Notes under the pieces: model-generated
The model's database searches: none
The model's input: only the letters and a program-made list of their open reading frames with translations
What the model was told of the DNA's origin: nothing
In this document: piece by piece, positions 25,791-40,204 of the stretch
How positions within the stretch are numbered: the stretch's first letter is position 1
How the letters are laid out: the number at the start of each line of letters is the position of its first letter
Made by a program: the position numbers and the translations under genes
Source: Gracilinanus agilis
Lineage: Eukaryota
DNA length: 64,000 nucleotides
Reading direction: 5' to 3'
Assembly: GCF_016433145.1 (NCBI RefSeq)
Contig: NC_058135.1
Location: 174,658,486-174,722,485, forward strand

Positions 25791-26909
25791 CCTTTAGCAC
25801 AGTGCATTCCCTAAGAAAACCAAAATGTGAACAGTTATTAGCAAAATACCCTTTGACTTTTGGCAGTTCGGTTCTTAGGGTGTGTTGTCCATTGCAAGTG
25901 ACCAGAGTTCTGTTGCCTTTCTGTGCTATTATGTACATCTTGGCAGTCTTTGGGTTGCTGATATGAATGGAATGATGAATGTTTGGCCTCTTCCATTACT
26001 TTATTCTCACATCATTCTCCCACTAGTCCTTGCTTCTCTCTGACAAGCCAGTGTTGAGATCTGGCTCTAGACCTCAAATCATTGGAGATGGAGCTGAGGC
26101 TGCTTCGTGGTACACCTGTTCAGAGGGCTAGAAGACTTCAGATCCACTTGTGGGGATTTGCACTAGATCTCCTTCCTTCTGCCTCTGTTGGCTTCTAGAA
26201 GAGATAACAGAATTTTAGCTGGTTTCCATCACACTAATCCTCTCAAGTTTGCTTTGTTTACCTTCTCAGGTATTGGCTTTCTTGGCTTTTTCTCTACCCT
26301 TTCCTGATCTTCTCCATACAGTTCAGAACTAGGAAGGAACTTGCTTTCTGAAAGTTTTTTGTATTTCTTTAACCTTGTTCTTTCTGGGTCTATTTTTTTA
26401 AGATGTCCATTGTACTTTCTGTGGGAGAACTGGGTTTCTCTATAACTTTACACATAATTATTTTAGTCAAAAACAATCGGAACATTAATGTAAAGAAGAA
26501 ATTTATGGTAGTTAAGAATAGAATAAAGCAAAGTTAGATTCTGGAGATAAGAATTGAGAACCAATGATGAGTTCACAATGTTTCACTTTCTTCATATTAG
26601 AAAGTTTTCAAAACTGTTTCCCTAATGCTCAATTTATCTTCCTTCTCAGAATCCTATTCAAAAAGCATTAATGTGATCAAGGTGGTCTTTGGTATATTTC
26701 ACTTGGAAAAGTCACTGGAACACTGATTCAAAGCACAGACCCTACTCATGAGAGATCACTAATTCATCTCTGGGTCTGAAATATAGTATGGATCTTTATT
26801 GTTCAGATTTCAATCAAAGAAAAGTAAGAATTCTCCGAAATGTGTTGATTGATTGATTCCACAAATATTTATTGAGTATTTCATGCACTGTGCAAAATGT
26901 TGTGAAGGC

Positions 26910-27195
26910 TGTTGTTCATCCTTCTTACTTGAAAAGGACCGATGACATCATTATGTTGGGGTCAGGACACTGCATCTGATTGTGGCTGATCAGACCAATA
27001 CAAAGCTCTGCCACGGGTCAGGCACAAAAAGTCCTCTGGAATCGTTGAGAAGGAGATGTCTCTAGATTTGCACATTTCTCATTTCCTTCATGCTTCTGCA
27101 GTTCTGCTTTGCTCCCGGAGCACAGTGCCTTCTTGAATGTGGGCATGCCATGCTGGGCAGGTCTGTGTCAGCATCTCCCATGCCTCACAAGGTAT
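26910..27195 (-). mobile_element. RTE LINE 3' fragment
   Basis: gttgttcatccttcttacttgaaaaggacc...tgacatca...gtggctgatcagaccaata, the antisense 3' end of marsupial RTE. Confidence 0.75.
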
Positions 27196-29885
27196 CGCTT
27201 ATGGAGGCTAGGAAGGTGACTAAGGATAGATTCCTCATCCTCTACAGTCTAGCTGATTATAATTATAAATTTCCTAAAAGAAAACACTTCCTACATTTTA
27301 AAATGTAGATATTTTGAAATTTGCCATATTTTTCTCAGACATTGCTTCTATTAAGAAACTTTTCAGCATGGCTGTGCCCTCCTTAAATTGAATTATATCC
27401 TTTCCTTAATGATTTAACTTTGAAGTCATATTGAAGACTTTTTTGGGTAGGCAGGACCTGTGATTTCTTTGGGATAGGGAACTCCATGTGAGGAAAGGTC
27501 CTCTATCAATGCAGATGTGCACTTGCTTTGTAATTTACAGTAGTAGAAAGTTGCCTAGAATAGTGAGGGGTATGTGACTTGCCCAGGATCACACAGCCAT
27601 TATGGACTGAACAAGAGGTTGGCTTTTCATATATTATGCTTTGTTGTCTTTATAGAAATTAAGCATTTTAAATATATGTAATAAACAGTTTTTTAAATCT
27701 TCTGTTGAAAGCATATCCCCATTCTTACCCCAATCTTTAAAATAAATATCACTTGTATTTCATGATCTTTACTAACCTATACAAAATAACTACTTTACTA
27801 ACTCATGCAAAAATTCATATTATACTATATCTTATAGCAGAGGGTAGAATATTGGACTTGGATTAGAATCCTACTTTTGACTTTTACTTGCTGTGTGACC
27901 TTGGGCAAATCACTCATTTACAAATTGGGGCCCCGTGCTATAATTTATATAAAACGCTTTGCAAACTTTAAAGCACCATATGATGTCTATCATCCTCTTC
28001 ATTATTATTAACAAAATTTACTACTTTCTAGGACATGTGTGTGTGCATGTATGTATGTGTCTGGGGGGAATGGGCAGGTTGAAGCTGCAATCATGGTGCA
28101 TGACTGACCCTAGGGAATGAATGAAATTAATTCTTGTTCTATATTTTCTAACTACCTTGTGGTTTTTGGTTTCCAAATTTTATATTGTTGCAGATACCTT
28201 TTTCCCCCTCAGGATCTTTTATTTCATTCTAATTTTGGTGAATGGTACTATGAACAACCATATGTAACTTTCTTCTCCCCCTTTCCAATAGTGGATCGTT
28301 TTATATTTGCATATCATTTAGTGAACATTGGGTAATGCAGAAATAGTCTCCAGACTATTGTAGAGAAATGTGTTGAATAATGCAGCACATTTAGTAGCTA
28401 CTTCAGCTTGTACTTCAGTCCTTTTCCATTTAATTGTTAACTGTTTTCACATAAAGTACCCAGAAACCATTTGAATGAAGCTATTTCCACAAATGAGTTT
28501 GTTCAAATGAGATAATATATATAAAACACTTTGTAACCATAAAATACTATATGAATGTGAACTCTTTTTACATAATACTTTGTTTATGTAAATATGTGTG
28601 ACCATTCCTTCCAACCAGTTTTGCTACATCCTGGAAATTACTCTTTTGATTAACTTATTTTGGCATCTCAAACCACCAGATAAATGAAACCCTTTTAAGG
28701 AAAACTCTTTTTTTGTTAATGAAATTTCATCAATGTTTTCGTCACATACATTTGCTGGAAGTCTCATTATAATGAGCCAAATGAAAAGATACTGAAATGG
28801 GGAAAAGGAGACAAAAAAAAGAATGTCCTTCAGTGATTTTAGTGTAACATTTGTTTGTGTGTTTTGGGGAAGGGGAGGAGAAAGAAGAAGGAAAAAAAAG
28901 GAGGGAGAGAGAAAGGAAATTGATTTGGGACTAATGTATTTAAAAGTATAAAATAGGCATAATTGTTGAGTAGTTTATGATCTAAATATGTCTAACATTT
29001 TGTCTGATAGAAACTTTGAAGATTTTTAATAGAAAGTTTAACTGTAAGTAAATTCATTTTAACAGCATTTAATAGAAATATTCCTTTTTAAAGAGGATGA
29101 AAACGTTTGAAGAAGCATCAACATTGAAAATGCCACTAGAATTTTGTCACAACTGTTCACACAGCCTAACACCAAGAAAGCCCTCATTGAGTAAAACGTT
29201 TTTCTTTTTATTGTCTAGATAACTGAAATATCAATAAGTTTTCACCAATAAATATCAAGTTTTTAAAAGCGTTTTTTAAATATGCTGCCCAGCATCTTAC
29301 AAAGTACTCTCTGATTCCCCCCTAAACACACAGTGATGATCACCTGAGGCAGTCCTGGTCACTCTTGGGCTGGATTTCCTTGTTGGTTTATTAGCTATAA
29401 GATCAAGGGGGAAAAGCTTTTATAAAATTTGAGTTACCTGCCTCCACCTCAGTTGAACTTCCCACAGATTTACAATAATTTTCTGGATTTCATGAACTAA
29501 AGCTAAGCCAACCTATGAAATTGATATGAAAAGTGACACTTTTGAGGATACCTTAGTAAAGTGTCTTGGCTGGAGGATGGAAGAAACAATATGAGGTAGT
29601 GGAAAGAATTTGTAGCTATTGCCTTTGCCACCTTACCTACCTCTGTGGTCTTGGGAAATACTTTTCCTCTTTGGGAATCTTCATCTATAAAATCAGAGCA
29701 TTGACCTAAATGAACTCATCCAGATCTAAATCCTAAAAAATAAATCATATATAAGGAAACTGTTCTTTGTTACAAGAGAAGACATTGTTGGGGAGCGGGG
29801 CAGAATTGGAGGAGCAAACAAGACTGTATTTCTAGTAATAAGACTGCTGTGAAAACAGGAAGAATCAATAACACTTTGAAAAATT

Positions 29886-30030
29886 ACACTTCCTAGCTGT
29901 GTGACCTTATGCTTCCTAACTCTGTGACTCTGGACAAGTCACTTAACCCCCATTGCCTAACCTTTACTGCTCTTCTGCCTTGGAAACAATATAGAGTATT
30001 GATTCTAAGATGGAAGGTAAGGATTTTTAA
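29886..30030 (+). mobile_element. 5'-truncated MAR1/SINE1-type SINE with a small internal tandem duplication
   Basis: cttcctagctgtgtgacc is followed by a second cttcctaactctgtgactc copy, then CORE and the gattctaagatggaaggtaag tail. Confidence 0.8.
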
Positions 30031-31249
30031 ACAGAAATTATAAGCAAAGAAGATATAGAAGCAAGGATACAATAAGAGGAAGAGGTCAGAGAAAAGGAGG
30101 AGAACCCAGCAGATCAGAAAAAGGAATTTTTGAAATTTATTTTAATAAATTTTAATTTTTTAATTTTAATAAGTTGGGCATCCGGTATTTGCTGTGTAAT
30201 ATAAGGTGCTTAGCCCTGTTTATGGTTCTTCCATTTTACCAAAGAAGAGGGCATTTCTTTTTTTACCCTCCAGAGAGCCATAGCAGTGTGTGGTCTGGAA
30301 GTCTGCTTTTCCCCGGACCCCATGGTTTGTCAGAAAGCACTTGTTAATTGGGGTACACTGCTGTGGAGGGCAGAGACCCTATCTTACAAATCCTGGTATT
30401 CCCCACAGCACCTACCACAGACAGAGTCTTATACATAGTCAGTGTTCAGTATACTTTTTATTTAGTCAATGAATGCATACACATTTGAAAGCCTATGGGG
30501 AAATCTGAGTTTGTGCCACAGCCATTGCTGCATCCAGAACTTCACACCATGCATCCCTTGGTCCCCTGTGGCCTCCACAGCTGGGTGGAAAATGACAGCT
30601 GCTTTTCAATGTTAATTGGATTTTTTGCTGACCCTTTGGGTGAATGCAATGGAGTTCATTGGCTATAATGGTACCCAGGGCCCCTCCCTCACCCTGTTGC
30701 ATATTTCAGCAGCTAGCCCCTTGAATGGCTACCCCAGGGCCATCCCAGTAGCACACCCCTGCCTGTGGGCTGATTAGAAAGGGCAGGACAAATGTTCTTT
30801 CTGTTCTGTGGGTCTTCATAGATGTGTTTCTGTTTTAAGGCCAAGTATTGCTTTTGGCTCAAGAATGCTGTAGCACAAGGGGGACTTTGTTATGCTCCCA
30901 GCAGTGCTATTTATACACTTTGACTTCCTAACCACTGTTTCCTGCTCCTTCTGAAAAGAGCCACCAAAACAAGGGAATGCTTCTGAGAGTATATGCATGA
31001 ATTTCAAAACTTTGGAGTTAACCTATAAAATTGTGCCAGTGTTTTCTCCATTACCTCTAAGGCCTCTGGTGATCCCTAGAGATTACTAGAGTATGTCTCC
31101 TAAATTTGCTTACTAACCTCAATCCATTTTCCAGGGGCTTTAGCTTTTAATCTTGACATTTAACACATCTTCCTAAAGGGAAAAGTCTGGAAAAGGCTTT
31201 AGACAAGAGATCATATTTATTTCTTATTATTTTCAGTTGCTTCACATTT

Positions 31250-33080
31250 CACTGAGAAAATTGAAACCATTTGCTTCTTCTCCCTTTCTTCTCATCTTCA
31301 GATGTCCCCCACCATTCTCTTGACCCCTTTCTCATGTGAAGAGATAGTTCTTCTAGCCAAGAAATATGCCTCTACACGGGGTTCCCCCCCACCCCTGTTG
31401 GCTTACTCTTTTTTTTTTTTTAACCCTTACCTTTTGTCTTAGAATCAATACTAAGTTTTGGTTCCAGGGCAGAAGAGGAGTTAATATTTATGTCTCACTC
31501 ATTCTCAAGAAATACCTTCCAACTTTTACTGCATCCATTCATCCCCAAGTAGTCTGACTTCCAACTTCATCATTCAGCTAAAGCTGCTCATTCCAATTGT
31601 CAGTGATCTCTTCTTTAAAAAATGTTTCTTTATTGTTGACATTCATTTTTTAAATTTTGAATTCCTGAATTTTCTCCCTCCCTCCAGTCCCTTCCCCCAC
31701 CTACTGAAAAGGCAAGCAATTTGACATCAATTAATTAATTATATTATAGTATTAATTATACCTATTGTTCTTGTTACCAAAAAAAGCAGAAAAAAATTTC
31801 CATCATGAGTTCTTTGTGATTGTCTTGAACCAATGACTTCTTAATTGTCAAATCTAATAGCCTTTTCTCAATTCTTATCCTTCTTGCTCAGCTCTCTGCA
31901 GCCTTTGACATTTTTAATCACCTTTCTCCTTGCTCTCTCCAGCTTCTCCTGCCAGTGTAACTATTCCTTCTTGGCCTTCTTTGTTCAGTCTGAATCGGTC
32001 ATGACTACAACATAGGTGTCCCCCAAGCTTCAGTCTTCAGTCCTCTTTTCTTCTCTCTCTGGACTCTTTGCTTGGTGATCTCATCAGCAGTTCCCACGGA
32101 TTCCAATATCTCTATATTGATGATTCCCCAATCTCTTCATCCAGCCTTCGCCTCTCTCTCCTTCAGTCTTACATCTCTAAGCCGCTATCTCATAGGTCTT
32201 AAACTCTCATCATTCCCCCCCACTCACACTCCCCACCTTGCTAACCTTCCTCTTTCATTTGAGAGCACCAACATCCCTCTCAGTCACTCAGCCCAGCAAT
32301 GTGGGCGCCATCTTCCTTTTTTCTCATCATGCTTCCCACCCATATAAAAATCTGTTGCCAAGTCCTATCCATTCTGCCTTCAAAGCATTTTTCATGCATG
32401 TTCTCTTCTATCTTCTGACACTGTCACCACCATCATGAAGGTCCTCATGACCCCATGAATGGACCACTGTAACAGCTTTCTGGCTCATTTCCCTACCTGA
32501 AGTCTCCCGGCTTTGGTCTGCCCTCGATGAGGCCATTAGACTAAGCTTTCTAAACCATCAGCCTGTCCACATTATCCCCCATTCAGTTGACTTCCCTCAC
32601 TCCTCATTATCTTCTGGATCAAGTGTAAAATCCTCTGTTTGGTTTTTAAAGCCTTTAAACTTGGCCATGGCTCACTCTCCATTCTGCTTACAGCTTACTC
32701 CACTCCTCCCCCCTCTAATCCATTGGCCTTGGCCTCTGCTGTTCCTTTCACACCAGACTCTATCTCCTGTGCCATGTTTATTCCCCATACCTGGAGTGCT
32801 CTCTTCTTAATCTGCCTTCTGGCTGCCTTCAGTTTGCAGGTAAAATTCCACCTTCCACAAGAAGCCTTTTTGGGGATCTCCTTTATCCTAAAGCCTCCCC
32901 TCTCAAATGGCCTCCCACTTATTATGTCTGTTATCTTGTCTGAACTTAATGGTTTGCGTCTTGTCTCTCCCCATTACATGGTGAACCCTTTGAGAACAGG
33001 GACTGTCATGGCTTGTCTTTTCATCTCTAGGGATGAGCAGAGTGCCCAAAACATAGAAGGCACTTAATAAATGCTGGCTG
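31250..33080 (+). mobile_element. L2 ORF2-end/3' fragment containing a SINE tail (about 31408-31483) and an L1 piece (about 31615-31830)
   Basis: tctctgcagcctttgaca, tggtgatctcatcagc, tccacaagaagccttt; terminal cacttaataaatgct. Confidence 0.75.
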
Positions 33081-33529
33081 GTTTTACTTTGCCTTAAAAT
33101 GAGGGTTTTAATGTGCTTTCACACTTATGGAGTACCTCTGGTCCATTCTGTCTTTGTTACCCTGGGCAAGTCATTTAACCTCTTAAGTTCTCTAAGCAAC
33201 TGTGTAAGAGTATTTGTTGTTGAGAAGAGGGTGATTGGCATGATTGGGAGTTTATTCACCTAATAGTTTCCTATACCAGTGAAATCACAGATCCATTCCC
33301 CATACTGTCTCCATCAATTCTGAGCATTACAATTTTGAAGGACTTTGCTCACAATACCCCGATGGGAGCATCTTATTATTCTCATTTTATAGATGAGGAA
33401 AACTGGAATCAAAGAGGTTTTAACTTAGCAAGGGTTGCAAAGCTGGCATGTGTCAGATTCCTGCTCATCTTCTGAAGAGGTTGTCTTTTCTACTGTGTCA
33501 GGCTGCCTTCCTAATAACAAGATTAATAA

Positions 33530-33867
33530 GGGCAGACACGTGTAAAACCCAGTGGAATTGTGCTTAGCTATGGGAGGGGTTTGGGAGGAGGGAAGGGAAA
33601 GAACATGAATCATGTAACCATAGATAAATGTTCTTAATAAAAAAAATTAAAATAAAGAATAATAAGGGTATCTGGGTAGCTCAGTGGATAGAAAACCCAC
33701 GCCTGGAGTTGGGAGGACCTGGGTTCAAATTTGGCCTCGGACATATCCTTAGCTCTGGGACCCTAACAACCAAGTAACCCCAATTGTGTATCCCTTGCTG
33801 TTCTTCTGCTTTAGAACCACTAACCGAATATTGATTCTAAGACAGAAGGTAAGGGTTTAAAAAAAAA
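33530..33867 (+). mobile_element. L1 3' stub (to about 33660) followed directly by a diverged full-length MAR1/SINE1-type SINE (33666-33867)
   Basis: gaacatgaatcatgtaaccat...aataaa, then ctgggtagctcagtggata...gattctaagacagaaggtaagggtttaaaaa. Confidence 0.8.
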
Positions 33868-36461
33868 GAAGGAACTATGTACACTTATAATGTAGTGTTT
33901 TAAGGTTTATAAAGCACTCTCTTCAACAACAACAACAACAAAATCCCTGGTGAATAGGTAATAAAATGATTGAATAAACATTTATTAAGCATTGAATGTA
34001 TACCAAGCCTGTGCTAAGCCCTGGAGATTCAAAAACAGACGGGTATTATAATCCCTATGTAGTTCATGATCAGTAAATATTTTTTTCTTGACTTTTGAAT
34101 GAGTGAAGCATGGAAACTTATTTTTAACTGATATAAGAAAAATTATTTTAATAGAAAATATGGATTTCCGTGCCTTCTTAAACAGAGTATACCAAACATA
34201 ATTCATTTTCCCCCCTCCCTTTACCCACCTTTTTGAATCCTTTGAAGTAACTGATGTAGCAAGATCCCAAAAAGGGTGGGTGGGAATAGGGCCAAGAAAG
34301 CAGATTAGCCTTGAATAGAGGAGGTGGGACTCTTCTTCCTCCAGTAAGTGACAAATGGAAAAGAGGGTAGATGAAGATGCAGTGATATTTTGAAGTGGTA
34401 AGGAGTCTCCAGACAGACATTTTGAAGAGGAAATGAGGGAAAATGAAAAAGTTTACACCAGATGGTTTCTATCTTCTCAGCGCAATAGGAGGTGAGGTCA
34501 TTTCAGAGCGGGAAAGCATGTCCTACATTATTCTACATTGATTTTTATATTTAGTATAATAAATGCTAGGGGTATATGTGTGCTTCTAGAAGCTGGCATA
34601 TAGTCCTTTTAAATACTGACACTAAAACTAAAGAGGATTGTTCCTGTATTTTAATGTGCTGGTAGTTTATTTAGTAATACATTCTTTTTTGTCTATTTAA
34701 TGTAGGTTTCTAACCTATTTTTCAGTGTCATCCTGTTTGGCCATCTATAATATGCTGAGATACAGAATAGGAGGATGAATTCTAATTCATATTGGTCTCT
34801 GGTTATTCCTCTTATCTGGAGATTTAAATTTCATTATGCATTTGGCTTTGTGGTGCTTTTCTACTCTGAAAGGGCTTGTTTTTCAATCTGCTATTCAAAC
34901 CATCCTATCCAGCTACCATTTAATTTGATTTAGGGCACTGTGGCCTTTTAGTCTTTTACTTAGAAATCCTTACGCTTCTTTCTTTGTCCATTACTTAACT
35001 TGCCAAAGCTTTTAACTTGACCAAGGAGCTTATGAATTATCAATGCTTATACCTAGAGACCTGCCGGACATATTGAAGCAAATTAGGTATGTAGTGAGAA
35101 AAAGATTCAGCCTGATGTGGGGCATGGCTTCTTTCCTTTCGAGCCTGAGGGGTGGGTGCCTTAAGCAGATGCCCTACTCTTTCCTCTTCACACCTGGGAA
35201 CATTAAAAGGAAATCCTTGGAGGCTTAACCTTGAAGTCTGGGAGGGAAATTCTTTTTGAACAGCACATCCATAAAGCCCTAGACCTAGAGATAAAGAACA
35301 GCTGGGAAATGCAGTTACTCTTCTGTTTGCCCAAGGACAGGATGGCTCAAACCAAGGCTGCTTATTTCCTTTTCTTCCTACCCCTCCCTTCCTCTTCCTT
35401 TCTACTCCCTCCCTTCACATCTGGAACTTTCCACTAAGAAAATTCATTCAGAATATTCGCCTACTTCTAATAATTTAACAATTTAGGTGAGAGAAGGAAA
35501 ATGCCTCGAGAGAATGCATCAATGAATATCCTATATCTTATATTAATAAAATCACAGATTGAGTTAAAAAACAGATTTTTTTTAAAGAAGGAAAACATCT
35601 GTATCCTCCTCCCCTCTTCAAAGTCTCCATCTTTTTCCTTCTTGTCTTTCTTTTTTATTAGAGGAAGAGATGACCCTCCTCTTATCTAAGGTGCGAAGAA
35701 CCCTATTTCTTTCAAACAAAACTTTTTGTTTTTACATGCCAAATTTTCTCCTATATCTCTCCCTCTTATCTCTCAGAGAACCATTATTTATAACAAAGTT
35801 GTTGTTTTTAAGAGAAAGAGGGAGAAGGGAGAAAAGAACAAAATCAATACTTTTTAAAAATGACAATATGTACAGTTAATTTGTACTCTTAATCCCTCTC
35901 CACTTCACTCACTCACCCTTTTTGTGGGATTCTGAGATGGTATTGCCATCTTTACTTAGTAGTTGTAGTGCCAGTATCCAGGAAGCGGCAACTGCTCCAT
36001 CCCTAAAATTTGGAAAGAAGAGAGAGTAAGGAATCAGGACTCAGTAGAGCAGAGCTCCATAAAAGGACTTGATCAGAGGCAGGCCAGTAAATAGTAGCTT
36101 TGATGTGTGGCTAAATATTATCTTGATTTCTGTGAGCTGATTTTTCCTGCTCTCATAAATCCCCAAAGGCTAAATTGCTTAGCTTTTGACTCTCCTAAGC
36201 AAGGAAAAACCTTTTCCAGACCTTGTTAATTAATGCTAGTATCTTTCCTATGAGAGTATCTTCCATCTCTTGATTGTACAAATTTATTTACCTATTATCG
36301 TTTGTTGTTGCCCTTAGAATGCCCTCTCTTGGGGGCAGGGACTATATATATTTTTTTATGTTTGTGTCACTACCATTTATCATAGTTCTTGGCTCATTAA
36401 AGGCACTTAATAAAATATTGTTGATTTGACGCAATATACTATTATTTTAAAAATCCTAATT

Positions 36462-36695
36462 GGTGTTGTTCTGTTTTGTCTGACTCTTTGTGAGCCCATT
36501 CAAGGTTTTCTTGGCAGAGAAACTGGAGGATCTTGCCATTTCCTTCTCCTGCTTATGTTACAGATGAGGAACCAAGACAAACAGGGTTAAGTGACTTGCC
36601 CAGGGTCATACAACTAGTTAAGGGTCTGAGAATGGATTTTAACTCATGAATATGAGTTTTCCTGAAGCATTTTTTTCAACTGTGCCACCTAGCAC
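36462..36695 (-). mobile_element. MAR1 SINE (CORE with RTE-like tail)
   Basis: gtctgactctttgtgagcccatt...ttcttggcagag...ttgccatttccttctcc...ggttaagtgacttgcccagggtca. Confidence 0.8.
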
Positions 36696-36929
36696 CTGTT
36701 GAAGCAACATTTAGTGAATGTTTAAAGACATTCTGGTTTAGCTTGTAGAATGAAAAACCCTTCTTTGGTTTGTAGATAATAAAACTGAAACGTGAATATA
36801 AAGGATCTAATAATAATAATAATAATAATAATTGATATTTGCAGGGGAGGAATGTCTTTATAAAGAAGTGCCTACTGCATGCCGGGGACTATGCTAACTA
36901 TAAATATTATCTCATTTATATAGGGCTTT

Positions 36930-37200
36930 AAAAAAGTCTTTTATTTATTTCATTATTTTCCAACTACATTTTTCAGAAAACATCCATTTAAAATTTTTTT
37001 TGAGTTCCAAATTTTCTCTTCTCTCCTATCCATCCTCTACCCATTGAGAAGATAAACAGTTTATCTCTTATACATGTGAAATCAAAAGAAAACGGAAGAA
37101 AAACAAAGCGTGCTTCACTCTGTACTCAACAGTTCATCAGTTCTCTCCCTGAAGGTGGATAGCATTTTTCATCAGGGGTCCTTTGGAACTGCCTGGGATA
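36930..37200 (-). mobile_element. L1 3' fragment
   Basis: tgagttccaaattttctc...ccattgagaag...ttcatcagttctctccctgaaggtggatagcat. Confidence 0.75.
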
Positions 37201-38554
37201 TTGTCTTATGTAAGGCTTTTGAAGCACATTACATACATTTTCATATTTGGGACTGCAAAAAAGCTCTATGAAGTAGATACTATGGATATTATTTTTAATT
37301 TTCAGATGAGGAAAGAGTTAACTATTTTAGGGTAGACCTGTTCTTAAAATAATACACTACAAACTTTAGTCCAGGTTAGTGAATCCACTTTGGCCTTTTC
37401 CCTAAGTTCCTAATGATTTCTTACTCTGGGCCGGAACATCCAGCTGTTATGCACACATGCTAATTCTCCAGCTGTTTTATACAACAGGAATAAATGGAAC
37501 AATATTGGAGACTTGAGAAACTTCAGAGGTTTTTGCAGATGATTGCATTCTGTTTTGTGCCCAGGTTGGGTAGCTGTATTAAACCTAAAAAGGAATAGGG
37601 TTCAAATTTCAGGGCGATAAGATTCTCTGACGCTTTTCCTGGAAAGTCTCCATTTTCCCTTCCCTCCCCCATTTGGAACACCAAGAAAACCCCAACTGAT
37701 CTAATAAACAAAAAAAACTAATGAACATAACCACATGTTTGTTTCAAGTTGTTTCTGCAAATTTTGGGTGACTTAAAATTATTTAATCTTGCTTAATTTC
37801 CTGAGGAAAAAAACTTCCATGATAATTCGAGACACATGGCAGTTTGGCTGTTGCCAAGTTTAAACTAGAAAACTGAACGCTGATGTCAAGTGATTGCATG
37901 AATACACATCTGTGCCCATAGTCTTGGGGAAGTTTAATCAACATCTTTGTTTGGTTCTTTTTTTTTTCTTTCTTGTTTTGCTGCTGTAATAGTTCCAGTG
38001 TTGCCTGCCCATATAATGTGATGACATTTGCACATGTAGATAAAGGAACATGAACACATTTTAATTTCTATCACATTTTCAAGTTGGCTGCAGGCTTTTG
38101 CTGCATGGTCTTGCACCTTGTACTTAAAGGAAAGTGATTCCCACAGTTAACTGTTCAGTCTTCTCAGTTTCACTGGCTATTGAAATTCTTCCACCTGCCT
38201 TCAGAGAAAGTTCCCCAATTCCACTTTGACCTTTCCCATTTAAGTATCTTTTTCTCCTCACTTATCAATTCAGCTAATATTTATGAGGTTACACACACAA
38301 GGATGCTACCTGGATGAAAGGAAAGGGATGTTGGGTAATACTAAAGGAATTTTGGGGAATGTAGTCCTGGAGTAAAGCATTCTAACTACACACCTTACCT
38401 ACCAAAGTGGCGACAGGTTCAGAGCTATGCTTTAAGAATATCCCTTTAAAGGCTGGGGAAATTGGACAGAAAAAGGGACGCCCATTCAGAAGCCACTGCA
38501 GAAGACGAAGCGAGACATGATAAAGGCTTGTACTAGGCTAGAGGGGAAGGGATG

Positions 38555-38815
38555 GGAACAAGCATTTACTGAGAGCCTGCTTTGTGTCAGGCGTTGTGCC
38601 AAGCACTTTACAAATATTATCTCATTTTATCTTCACAACAACCCTAAGAGGTCGGTGCCATTATCCCCATTTTTAAAGATGAAGAAACTGAGGCACATGG
38701 GATAAATGGCTTGCCCCAAGGGCACACAGCTGGTAGGTGGCTGAGGCAGGATTTGAATTCTAACATTCGGACCCGCAGACCTAGTGCTCTGTCTACCATT
38801 GCCACTGAGCAGAGT
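38555..38815 (-). mobile_element. Near full-length MIR
   Basis: tattatctcattttatcttcacaacaaccct...agatgaagaaactgaggcac...ggatttgaattc. Confidence 0.85.
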
Positions 38816-39137
38816 ACAGAGAAGGTGGTAAATATGAGAGCTATTTGTGAAGTAGAATCCATTGGCAATATTGCATTTGCAGCTTAAGAAAGAATAAAGA
38901 ATCAAAGGTGGCTAGAAGATTAGGAATAGAAGTGATTGGAAAGAGAGTAGTGCCCTCTGCATTGTTTGACATTTAACTTAGAATGCCTCTAAAAGACCAA
39001 GAACACAATATCAAAGAAAAAACCCTTCACCTTACATCTTGACATCACTATGTAAGAAATAAAATGGATATAAAAGGAAAAATTTTTAAATATTTGGGTA
39101 TTAAAAGATTTATTGGTAGCCATTAGAAAAATGAAGC

Positions 39138-39311
39138 CACGTGCCATGTTAAGAGTCCATTTAAAAGACCCATCATTACTGCCACCACCATGCTGTTTCA
39201 GCTGGAAAGAGAGAGTGAGCAAGCCCAGCCACTCATTTTTAAGCTCTGATCCACGTCATCACATAACTGCCTACATCATTTACGTAATCCAGGAATCATG
39301 GGAAATGTAGT
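39138..39311. promoter_or_regulatory. Candidate cis-regulatory cluster: E-box, UPRE/CRE, PAR-bZIP and ZNF143-type motifs
   Basis: CACGTG 39138, CCACGTCA 39251, TTACGTAA 39280, TGGGAAATGTAGT 39299-39311. Confidence 0.45.
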
Positions 39312-40020
39312 TTGAAAGACCCCTAAACTTCCACAGGAAGTTTAGATCAGAGACCTCAAAATTTCAGTGACACAATTACAAAGTATTAGTTCCAAGGCAA
39401 AAGGGCAGGACGGGCCAGGCAGTTGGTGTTCAGGGGTTCGCATGAGGTCGCCCCTCTAGAAAGTGTCTGAGGCCAGACTTGAACTGTCTATCCCAGACTT
39501 TCTATCCTCTGAGCCACCTCGCTACCCCTATGAACACAGTTTAAAAAAAAAAATTTGACAAGTATATCTGACTCGTTATCAGTGTGGGGTGAGCTGGAGT
39601 CTTTTACATAAAGCGATTCTGAATTTCAACATTTTGCTTTTTTGCAAAAACTTCAATTCACTTATGTTACTGAAGAGATTCAAATCAGCCCATGGGCAGT
39701 AACGTATGGGCAGCACCATTTTAAAATGAGGAAGAACAACTTTCAAATGAGACAACTGCCTCAAACCAGATGGAGGGGCTCCCGGCCATAGGGTCAGGCT
39801 TCAGGACAGAAGGGCCAAAAAGAAATTGCTCTCTAGCAGGAGTTTAAAAGATGAATGGGAAAGGCAAGACAAATACCAATAAAAGAGCTTTTGGAAAACC
39901 AAATAGAGATGTGGAAATAGAACCAGGATAATACATTCGTGTGCTGGAGGCAAAATTTGAAAAATCACCTCTTGTATTTGAATAGGATGTATGCCCCGGC
40001 TGTGTTACTGCCCACTAGAA

Positions 40021-40204
40021 CAGGGCTCCTTAACCTTTATTGAGTCATAGAATCCATTGGCAGCTTGGTGACATCAACTGACTCCTTGCCAGAATTGGCT
40101 TTTTAAATGCATAAAGTAAAATATGAAACATTTCAAAAGAAAGCAATTATATTGAAGTATACAAGTTGTTTTTAAATTCTTGGACCTTGGGCTAAAAATT
40201 CTTG
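40021..40204. mobile_element. hAT/Charlie-type MITE (degraded)
   Basis: cagggctccttaac left end, tttaaatgcataaagtaaaata core, degenerate right end gctaaaaattcttg; similar to 12247. Confidence 0.6.
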
